A DNA stretch of 64,000 nucleotides from the human T2T-CHM13v2.0 reference genome, Homo sapiens. The position numbers and the translations under genes were made by a program. The stretch lies in NCBI RefSeq assembly GCF_009914755.1, contig NC_060935.1. One strand, given 5' to 3'. Below, piece by piece: positions 1 through 11,600 of this stretch; position 1 is the first letter of the stretch, and each line of letters begins with the position of its first letter. The notes under the pieces were generated by a model, which was given only the letters and a program-made list of their open reading frames with translations, was not told where the DNA came from and searched no databases.

Positions 1-61
1 TCACAGGGAGCCCTACCCAAAAGAACATGACACTCAGACCTGCCTGGACTTCATGAATTAC

Positions 62-425
62 CGGCTGTCAGAGCCTGATGGGCCCTGAGGGATATCTGGT
101 TCAGCCCATTAATTTCTCAGATGGAGAAACAGGCCCAGAGAGCGGAAGTGGCTTGCCCCAGGTCCACAGCCAGCCAAGGGCAGAGCCTGAACGTTGAAGA
201 CTTACCGTGTGCTGGGTGCGGTTCCAAGTGCTTTACATGTAGTAACACATTTAATCCTCACAACAATCCCAGAAGGTAGGCGCTGCTCTTACCTCCATTT
301 TACACATGAGGAAACTGAGGCACAGAGACGTTAAGTCTTGGCTGAGGTCTGCTAATAAATGGGTAGAAGCTAAGACTAGAACCCAGGCAGACTGCTTCCA
401 GAGCCCATGCTATTAGCCACACACG
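62..425 (+). mobile_element. MIR SINE fragments (representative; many more across the window)
   Basis: MIR core GAGGAAACTGAGGCACAGAGA..TTAAGT; similar cores near 830, 9380, 13870, 16280, 22110, 25400, 27300, 40880 and 52400. Confidence 0.8.
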
Positions 426-1994
426 AGATGAGACTAACTCCCTACTCCTAGGACCAGGCATTCTGCCCGCCACACCACGTCATTGGTAACAAGTCTCCAG
501 CACTCCCACCCCTCAACCATCTGGGTGATGATGCTGGGCTCCATGGCCTGTCAACTGTGTCCAAAATGCCACCAGTAGACACTGACTTCTTGTTCATAGG
601 ATTGTTGCTCCTATCTCATTGTGGGGATGGAGGGCGATATAGGAGCGGTATGGGTGATCTTGGGCAATTTCCCAACAGCTCTCTCCTGTGAAGAGATGAA
701 TCCACAGGGAGGATTTGCCCTCCCTTATCCTCCTATCCTGCCAGCTTGGAGCCAGGTACATTGTCAGTCTTATGCTGTTCAATAGTCACAACTGTGCTGC
801 AGGTTGACATGATTGCCCATGTCTTACATGGGGAGCCACTGAGGCACAGAGAGGTTAAGTGACTGGCCTGGGATCACATAGCCAGGCAGTGACAAAACTG
901 GACTTGAACCTAGGTTGGTGGGTCTCCACAGTCTATGATTTTTCTCTTACTCCACAGAAAGGTCTGGAAACCCACAAGGGGGATTGGTGGAGCAGGTTTG
1001 CCTACCTGGCCTATTTTGAGGTTTTGCTTGGGTAGGTCCAGAATCAAAGGAGGTACTGCTAGAGGAACTGAGAAGGGCGGAGTGGTGGAAGAGTCTAGAA
1101 GGAATACACCCAATCAGCTACTTCTGCCACTGCAATATCACACCCTCAGTACTCCCGTGGGCTCTGAGAGGAACAGCCTGGCCTTGCTGGGCACTGCTGT
1201 GATCTCTGTTCTCACTGGGAGAGGCTGGAGGTGGCTCCCTATTTTCTGCTACCTTTTGTGGGTGTATAGCAGGCAAAGTAGGTGTTAGAGGATATATGGT
1301 GCTGAAGAGCAGAGTCCCTGAAACACGGCAAACACTAACCAAGCACTTGCTCTATGCCTGGCTCTTCACTAAGATTATCTCCTGCCTTAAAGATGTTCTA
1401 TGTTTCAACCTCAACACTGACCGATAGGACTCCTAGTGAGAGAAGCCCTGGAGGAAAAAATTTCCAGCTTCTCCCAGCAAAGGCAAAAGCAAACAGGTGG
1501 TGGATTTGGAGTTCTGGGAATTTGTACTGGCTCTCTGCAACCCCTCCACCCTGTTAGTCCTGCTCATCAGTGAGCAACACGACCAAGAGATCCACGCAAG
1601 GAGGAGGTAGGAAGATGATAAGGGTTTGGGCCAGCAGCAAGTCCATCTCGGATGGTAAGCTGGCTGAAGGCAGGGCCCAAGTCTTGTTAATCTCCACACT
1701 CTCCAGGCAGGCAGGATGGGCGTGGGAAAAGGAATCAAATTTTGACATAAGAAGATTCTGGACTAAAACATGGGTGCTCACCACTTATCAGCTACATGAC
1801 TTAGGCCAGTTGTTTAACTTCTCTGTAACTTAACTCCTGTGGTGGTCTTAAAATACGTCTGTAATTCTTCACCATTTCTCCCATCAATAGGTGGCATCTA
1901 TGTGCCCTCTCTGGCTGATTGCCCTGATGGAGTGAAGGTGGCAGAAGTGATGTTATACGACTGTAAGGCTAGGTTATAAGAGTCCATGTAGTCA

Positions 1995-2289
1995 CTGGGC
2001 ATGGTGGCTCACCTGTAATCCCAGGACTTTGGGAGGCCGAGGCAGGTGGATCACATGAGGACAGGAGTTCGAGACCAGCCTGGCCAATATGGTAAAACCC
2101 CGTCTCTACTAAAAACACAAAAATTAGTCAGGTGTGGTGGTGTGCGTCTGTAGTCCCAGCTACTCAGGAGGCTGAGGCAAGAGAATTGCTTGAACCTGGG
2201 AGGCAGAGTTTGTAGTGAGCCAGAGAGCGCGCCACTGCACTCCAGCCTGGGTGACAAGCGCGAAACTCCGTCTTAAAAGAGCAAATAAA
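1995..2289 (+). mobile_element. Alu (AluS-like)
   Basis: Dimeric Alu consensus adjoining a MaLR fragment at about 1838-1990. Confidence 0.95.
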
Positions 2290-4924
2290 CTTGCCTCATA
2301 GGACTTAGAGGATGCTGTGAATTAAAACATGCAAAATGCTTAGCCTGCTGCCTGGCACATGGTGAGTACTCAATAAATGGGAGCCAGAATCTAGAGATGA
2401 TGGGGAAAGGGGAGAGTGAGGGAGAGGCAGCAGTAAGGATTTCCCTTTCATCTGCCAGATGAGCCCCCCAGGAGGACAATGGGTGCCCCACCTGGACATG
2501 GGCAGGGGCTTTGAGGCTGCTGGCTGGCAACTGGGGTCGGTGGATGGAGTGGGCATGGACTGGGGGTGGAGGAGTTTTGTCTCTGCCAGATAATTAAGTT
2601 CAGAATGCTAACAAGCTTTCAAAACAAAACACAACTCAAGTACTCTTTGGATGGGATATAATAAAATGGTTCTATCTGAAATTGCAAACAGCTTTGTTGC
2701 TGCAAACAAAGGCTCAGTTCTTTGTGCCTCTTTGGCGTGGAGGCCCAGAAGTACGAGGGTGAAAAGGGTCAATGAAACTCTGAGGGTGTTGCTTCCCCCA
2801 GCAGCTGCCCATGCTGAGAACTAAAAGAGCTGACAGCAGAGGCCCTGTGGCAGGGAGGTACCAGAGGTCCCCAGTGCCTGAGACTTAAGCACAAATGCTT
2901 GGGGAGGAAGGGACAGACTTGAGAGAGCATCTTGCTCCATCCTCTCATTTCAAAGATGAGAAAACTGATGAGATCCAGAGAATAAGAGGCAAAACCAGGA
3001 CTGCCATGCTCATCTTTAAGCCTCTAGTTCAGCTCTCTCATTAAGCTAGCATATGAAGTTCAACAGGGATTGCCTGTGGATATCTGGAAAGTCTAAGGCT
3101 TGAGGCCCCATGGCAGTAGAAGGCTGGGTTCTGGCTTGGGGTTCTTTGAAACATCCTGTTAAATGCCCTCAGAGGTCTAGGAAAATCCAGGTGACAGGAA
3201 GTGAACTCTTCAGCCCAAGGTCCCCCCAGGACAGCAGGGCAAATCCCAAGCCTCCAGAGGCTGCCAACCATCAGATGGTCTTTGCAGCCTGGGAGGCTCA
3301 CACCATGTTCTCAAGGTGTCAGGGGGCCTGGACTCTCTGGCTGTGTGATCTTCGGCATCCATCTCACTACCTCAGGGGGCCTTCCAAGTGTCCCGTAAAT
3401 TCAAAGAGTGGGACTAGGGGTCTTTTAGGGTCCTTCTATCTCTAAAGATCCACTGTTACTTAAAAATAAATCTGAACCTCTGCTTTAGTTTAATTCAATG
3501 GCTTCCCTTTGTTCTTAGGATAAAAACCAAAATCTTTGCCCTTGCCATGGCTAACAACAAAGGACCACCATGCTCTGGCCCCTGCTTACCTCCCCAGACT
3601 CTACCCACACCTTCTAGTTTTCTCTGCTCTGGCTTCTTCCAGATCCTCTGTTGGAACCAGTATGGGAAGCAGAAAAGTCTGGAAACTGGTGGTTCTGCCC
3701 TAGGATGTTAATGTCAAGGAAATCCTCACACAGTCCCCAAGGGAGCATGTAAGCCAGTGTTCTCTCCTGTGCTATGTGTGGTGGGGGTAGGGGAGTAGAG
3801 ACATCTGCAAGCCCATGGCTGGGGAGCTGGTGGGCCAAGTGTTCAGGGACATCTTGGGGAGTGCTGTGCAGCCCTTAGGAGCAAAGGATCAGAGTACCAT
3901 GGCACCGTGGGGGAACTCAGAAACACAGTGTTGAGTAAAAAGAACAAGATTTAACACAGTACAATATGCACAATTAAAAATATAGACACAAAAAACATCA
4001 CCCATTCTGCAAGGGCGCATGGCAACAAAAAACACACATTAAACACATTACCTGTTGAGAGAGGGGGCACAGCAGTGGGACATAAAAGGAAGTAAATAAG
4101 TGAATAAAACTAAAGAGAGAGCCAGTATGGCCCACTGGAGATAACAGGACCATGCACTGAGGAGTATGATGGACGATGCTCTAGAAATTCTCGAAAACCA
4201 CCTTTTCCTCTCCAAGTAAACCCAAAACAAAACCACCGAGTTGGAAGCTGAGCCAAGGTCCAATGGGGGAAACAACGAACGGAAATTGAGGGCCCTTCAC
4301 CCTGTTTGCATCCTGGAACTGGGAGAGCTGGAGAGAGAGAAACCCTGGCTGTTTGGGAATCAACAACTCCGAAGGGAGAAAGACTCATGGACTGAGCTGC
4401 AGCACAGCCGACTGTCAAGGAGACCCCTGAATCTCCTTTCCTCCGAGCTGGTTCACCAACATGACCTCTGAGTCATGTTCTTGGCTTTCTACAGGGAGAG
4501 GGGAATTCCATGCCTTGGTGGCTGTCTTCAAGAATAACCAGCCCCATTAAGATCCCTAGGGTTGGGTCAGCCCCATGTTTCCACCTGCCAAGTTGAACCA
4601 ATCAACCCAAAGGGTGGTGACTCAACTCAGAGGGCCCACTCTCTCACCAGCTATCACTCTTGCTTGGCAAGGATTAATTAGTATTTTGGAGTGGCCAATC
4701 ATTTTTTCTTAATGATTTTAGAAAATATGAAGACCTCCCCCTACAATAAAAGCATAAAGCAAAACCAAGTCATCCATACTCTTGCCTCACTGAGAAAGGC
4801 GTTGTTTTCCTTTTGATGTACTCTTCTCTCATTGTAGGTGCACTTTTACCTCGTGCATCGTTTTGTACGTAGGCATATCCTGAGACTATGCCTCTTTGGA
4901 TTACAAGGATTCAACTTTTAAGCA

Positions 4925-5490
4925 ATATGGCAGACAGCCTCCAAGGTGGCCCTAGTGAACCCTGCCTCCTGGTCTTCACATCCTTGTGCAGTCCCTCCTA
5001 CGTGGTACCAGGGTTAGTCTTCATGACCAACAGCACACAGCAGAAGTGAAGGCATGTCACTCTAGGATTAGGTCCTAAGAGACTGTGACTTCCATCTTGG
5101 ACACACTCTTGCTCCCTCGTGTGCTCTCTCTTGGATCACTCACTCTGTGGGGAACCAGCTGCCCTGCAGTGTGGCCACTGAGGCAGCTCGTGGAGTGGCT
5201 TGTGTGGCGAGGTACTGAGACCTCTGGCCCAGAGGCTGCAAGGAACTGGAGCCTGCCAATCACCTGTGAGTGAGCTTAGAAGTGGATTCTTCAGCCACAG
5301 TCGAGTTTGGGGATTATTGCAGCCCTGGTCAACAACTTGAGATGTTGTGAGAGATCAGGCCAGACTGACTTAGGCCATGCGGCTAAGTCATTCCTGGTTT
5401 CCTGACTTAGAAACTGTGGGGGATAAGGAATGTTGTTTTAAATTACAAAGTTTTGGGGGTAATTTGTTATGTAGCAAAATATAACTAATG
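4925..5490 (+). mobile_element. MaLR LTR (MLT1F-like)
   Basis: Starts TGGCAGACAGCCTCCAAGGTGGCCC and ends GTAATTTGTTATGTAGCAAAATATAACTAAT, typical MLT1 termini. Confidence 0.75.
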
Positions 5491-5760
5491 CAAGTGGTTT
5501 TATCCCTTCCTCAGGTAATATGGATTTTCATAGCAGGCTGTATTCCCAATGAGGAGAGACAGGCCTAAGAGGATGCGGGTTGCCCTGCTTCTGGATACCA
5601 GGACCCACTGGGAGGCTACTCAAGACTGGCAGAGGGTGGCACTGGGCTGGGTAGAGGACTAATGCACAATTCCAAATGGTCTTGCTTGTGATTGATAAGG
5701 GGTTTGCCTCAAGCTAGGTGATGTTCAACAGGGATATGGGAAAAAAGATGATCTTTTTTG

Positions 5761-6079
<319 letters not shown>

Positions 6080-6333
6080 CTAATAGTCACGTCAGGCACA
6101 GCCCAAATAGGGCTGAGATGGGGTAGGCTAGTGACTGGTCCTCAGAAGAAGGATGCTGTATGCAAAGCCTTGTCTTGTTTAGGAAAATGGTGTGCAATGG
6201 GAAATTCTGGGCAGGCTTCTCATCTGTATTTTAAAAGGCAACATTACCCCAGCTGACATCTGGCTTATGTCTGGTTCAGACAGCCTAGTTCCCTCTTTGC
6301 TGATAACTCTTCTTGGTCCCTTACATCCTTCAC

Positions 6334-6633
6334 TTTTTTTTTTTTTTTTTTTGAGACAGATTCTCACTCCGTCACCCAGGCTGGAGTGCAGTGGCATGAT
6401 CTCTGCTCACTGTAACCTCTGCTTCCCGGGTTCAAGTGATTCTTGTGCCTTAGCCTCCTGAGTAGCTGGGATTACAGGCACAAGCCATCATGCCTGGCTA
6501 GTTTTTGTATTTTCAGTAGAGACAGGGTTTTACCATGTTGGCGAGGCTGGTCTTGAACTCCTGACCTCATGTGACCCACCCGTCTCAGCCTCCCAAAATG
6601 CTGGGATTATAGGCTGAGCCACTGCACCCAGCC
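6334..6633 (-). mobile_element. Alu (AluS)
   Basis: Antisense Alu with a T tract; TSD CATCCTTCA. Confidence 0.97.
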
Positions 6634-6678
6634 CATCCTTCAGGTTTTAACCACTTGGAATTAAAAAGAAACAGCACC

Positions 6679-7080
<402 letters not shown>

Positions 7081-8179
7081 TTAGAGATGTAAAGTGATTC
7101 ATGCAAGATCCAAGCTCAAAAAGGGCGGAGTCCAAATTCATTCACATCCAGGGCTTCTGAATCCGACAATAAGAAATCATAAAAAAATGAGCTGTGAATA
7201 AGACTTTATGGTTTACAAATCCCCATTCCCATCCATTGTCTCACTGAATTCTTATAACTACCATGAAAAAAATTGCTTTTCTCATTTCACAGTGGAAATG
7301 CCTCATGGGAGGGATGGAGCAGTACAGGGTTTGTCCAAGCCCATCAGTGAAAGGCAATGCCCAATACAAGGGCAGACACACTCAGCACTGTCTTTACACC
7401 CAGGAAAATGTCCCTCATCCTGATCTCACACTTTGAAGGGCCCTGCTCCAATCCTCCATCAGGTATGCTCCTCCTCACAGGTAAGGAGTCCAGGGAACCA
7501 AAGGGACATTCTCCCTGTAAGGCCACATATTCAAAACCCCAGATTCCCTGGTCAAATGCTCCTCAGCCTGATTCCTGGACCTGGTGGCCCTCTTTTTTGA
7601 CTGCTTCATGAGAGTACACTGTGCTGTGTGTATTCCTAGAACTGGCTAAGGTGACTGTTTGCAGACGGTGTGTTTGGAGCTCAGATGTGTGGGCTGGGGT
7701 ACCCATCTACCCAAGTGCTCATGAGTGTCCTTGTGGTGCTGGACAGAGCAGGGGTGGACTGGAGACTGGCTTTCCCTAGACCCCATATTTTGGTGCAGAA
7801 CTCAGAATTCTCTATTTGAACCTGGCTTTTAAACTCCCTACAAATGAATATTCGTCAGAGTGGAAGGACAACATATTTCCTTTCAAAGCTTATCAGCTTG
7901 CTTTCGAACAGTTAGCTATCTAGACATAACATATACAGCCTTACAAATGTTAGGGGTGGGACTGCACACAGCTGTGCTCTTTGAAGTAGCAGGGAGGAGA
8001 GCCAAAGAAAAGAGAAGAGCAAAAGAGCCGAAGATTTAAGCAACAAAGGGTCAGTAGCTCAAATAGTGGAAGGTTGGGGAAAAGAATGAGACATGGGATG
8101 AAGGCCAAGGGGAGGAAGCTTTAGGAGAGGATGAAGCTAGTGTTAGGAGGAATGTGAAAGCTTATAAAGAGGATGTGCT

Positions 8180-8670
8180 GGTGGATGAAGGATGGCCACA
8201 GATTCTCTGCACTCCTCCTATCAAGAGGTGGCATTTACTTCCCATCCCTTGGATCTAGGCTGACCCTGTGACTGGCTTTGATCAACAAAATGTAGTGGAG
8301 TGACATTGTGTAACTTCTGGAGCTGGGCCTTAAGAGATCTGAAGCTTCTTTTTTGCCCCTCTTAGAGTGCTCCTTCTTGGTAATCACGTAAGAAGTCCAA
8401 CTACCATGAGACCATCATGCTGTGAGGAAGCCCAAGGTAGGAGCACTGAGGTGCCAGACATATAATAAAAGCTTTCTCGGACATTCTATCCCAGCACAGA
8501 ATGAGGTGTGTTCAGCTGAATGAGTGACCTCAGCTGATGCCACATGGAATGGAAGAATCACCCAGCTAAACCCTGCATGACCCTCCAAGTCATGAGCAAA
8601 TAAAATGGTTGTTGTTTGAAGCCACTAAGTGTTGAGATCGTCAGGCAGCAACAGACAACCAAAACAGATG
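8180..8670 (+). mobile_element. MaLR LTR (MLT1 family)
   Basis: CTCCTCCTATCAAGAGGTGG..CCCTGTGACTGGCTTTG and terminal AATAAAATGGTTGTTGTTTGAAGCCACTAAGT. Confidence 0.75.
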
Positions 8671-11600
8671 CTGAGATCTGAAATGAAGAAATGAGCTTCA
8701 ATGGAAGGATGAGTTTTTTTTTTTCTTCAGATATAAAGAATTCCTGAGAGCTGGGGTGATTTGTCCCTGAGCCAGACCAAAGAGAAAGGTAATGGCATCT
8801 GTCACTGCATATGTTAGGAGTACGATGGATGCCCATTTGTCTAAAAGGGCATTGGCATCAACCTTTGAAGATGCAGGGGACTGGACCAGATGCATTCCTT
8901 CTTTCAGTTGCAAAGACTCTCTTTAAGTGTCATCACACATCCAGGCAACTCCCTAGAATATGAGAACTGTTTCTATCCTGGTGAAGGAAAACGAAGGATC
9001 ATTCTCCCCACCAACCCTGGCCCCTTAAATATGTAAGCATAAAACACTCCTGCCTGTGGCTGTGCTGGTTCAGTGAGGTCTCAGACCTGTGGTGGGGAGT
9101 CAAGAAAGGACCACCAGATACACTACCCCACTCCACTGCTGTAGAACTGGCCTGGACCTGACGCCCGAGCCCCAGGCACAGGAACACAAAGAAAGAAAAA
9201 ACACAAAGGAAAAAAAGGTTTTTTTTCTGTTCACATTCCATATCCTGGAACAACCATCACCGTCACTATTAGCTATCATTTATAGAGCACTGTGTAATAA
9301 GCACTTTACGTCCATGAACTCATTTAATCCTCACAAAATCTCTGTGAAGATGTCATCATATTACTACCCTTATTCTAGAGTGAGGAATTTGGAACTCACA
9401 GCAGTTAGATAATTTACCTCAGGTCATGCTGTTGGTCAATAGCAGAGCTGGGATTTGAACCCAGCTGCCTGGCCATAGCACCCCAAGGCCTAGCTAGATG
9501 GGCTCCATCCTGGTGTCTGAGAATAGTTAGCCTCTACTATTGCTGACCAGTGGGCACCTGGGATGGTACTTCTTTTCTCAACACAATGGCATCGTTACAG
9601 AATACTGCCCAGTTAGTGTTCTTAGCACATCCAAATGGTGTTTCGTTTATACTTTAATTATCCATTCTGAAGACTCAAGTAAAAAACTCATCGTACCATC
9701 AATGACAATAAATATCTCTAAATGTATTTGAAGTCTTGAATGAAAACAGAACCATCAATTCAACAAAGAAATAAAAATCAACAGAACCTCTACCACTGAG
9801 TGTTGACAGCTACCGGTGACATCTCAGCAGTACTACTACAACCAGGTCCATCTTCTGGAGGTTTGTCCATTTGGGCTTCTGCACCTGCCCACAGACCAGC
9901 TTAAACCAATATAAGCACCACTCTGGGGAGCTTTGTGAAAACAGGGGCTAGCAGATCAGGGATGAGGCCCATTATGAGGTAAACCTGCTCCTTAAAATGC
10001 TTGACACAGCAGGTTCCTGAAGACATGAATCGAGACCCTATTCATGTTCTAGGTCACTTCTTAGAGGAAGCCTTCCCTGACCCACCAAGATAGGGTTGCA
10101 AAATGGCTGTACCCTTCCATGGCACCCTAAACTCTTTAGGAGCAGGGACCATGTCTGTCTTGCTTGTCACTGTATCACCAGTGCCTGGCAAGCATGGAGC
10201 ATGGAGTAGGTGCTCAATAAAATTGAGTGGATAAAAGAATCAGGCTGCCTTTTCAACTGCCCTTGTTGGCTACTGGTCCAAGACCTCATCTGTGGCATGG
10301 TAGGAAGGCTATGAAAGCTATGACTTGTTCTTTCCTGCTGGTCAGAGATAGGCGCTGCAGGATTAGGGTGACAAAGCTTTCCTTGATTCAGGCCTCCAGC
10401 TCCTTTACTTTAAAAAGTGGCACTCGGGATGGGCAGTGGCCTCTTGCTGAGACCTAGACCTTGTCCTTGGCCCGAAGGAAGGGTCCACTTAATACCCACA
10501 ATGATACAGAGCAGAGTGCCTAGGGCTGGGTTGGGGACAGGTTGCAAGACATCAGGATCTAAGGTGAAGAGTAGGTCTCAGAATCACCAGCCCAAGAGGC
10601 CAGTTGTTCCTACCAAAAATGCAATGGCCTACTCAGGCCTTCAGCATACTCATGACCTTGCATAAAGCCAGCTAATCATGACACACTGAAATCTCAGGTT
10701 GGTAGGGATTGTCATGGCTCCAGCCAGCTGCCCGCAGGAAGGCTCCAGGAGTACTTTGTTCCCAAGAGCAGCGTTGTCCTTAGATCTGGGCCCTGTGCCC
10801 CGTCTCTTCTGTCCATGGCACTCCCCATGAGCAGAGAAGTCCATAGGGCTCAGGAGATATACTCAACTAGAGTCTGTTAGCAGCTGGTGTCCATGTTCCC
10901 CTTTCCAGGATACACTCTAACTACTAGGACTTCAGGATTTCCTGCCCAAATGGCTTGAAGCCTGCATGGGTCTCTTGCTCAGGTACATCCCTGTGAGGGT
11001 AGACACTGTCTCCTGCTTACGCATCTTCAGGTTTGAGGGGTGGCCAAGGAGTAGCTATTAGGGTGGAGTGTGGACCAAGCTTGAACATACAGACTGGCCT
11101 GCCCACATGCATGCACGCAAGCAATGGCCCTTGCAGTGCAGGACTGAGCAGGGGTGGTATACTGCGAGGGTCTTTATTGGCAGTCTGACCTTGGTCCCTG
11201 CAGGCCTGCCCACGAGTCTGCATGATGATGCTGCTGAGAGCAACACCTGGTGATGTTGCTCTATTCCATGTGCTGGCCCCCACTGGCACCTACTGCTGCT
11301 TTATCTACCTCCTTCTTCTACCTTGTACCTCCGCGGCAACTGCTGGGAGCTAGGACTATGCTGGGCTAGGCCTGTACTGGTGCTGGATGGGGGAAGGAGT
11401 GGAGTCCCCAACATTAGCAGTGCCACCTGGTGTCTTGCAAATGTGAACACCTACCCATAGAAGAAGAGAGATTGTGAGTTTGAATGTACCAAAGTGTTTG
11501 GGTGACTGTGAGCAAATGAAGTGAGCAAGAAAGGAAGAGTGAAAGAGAAGAGGAGGGTGACCACATGAAAAAGGGTGTGTGCATGAGGGAGAAGAAAAAT

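Noticed and set aside
11237-11262. Stem-loop AGAGCAACA-N8-TGTTGCTCT as a possible miRNA
   Set aside because: The stem is only 9 bp and does not extend to a pre-miRNA-length hairpin.
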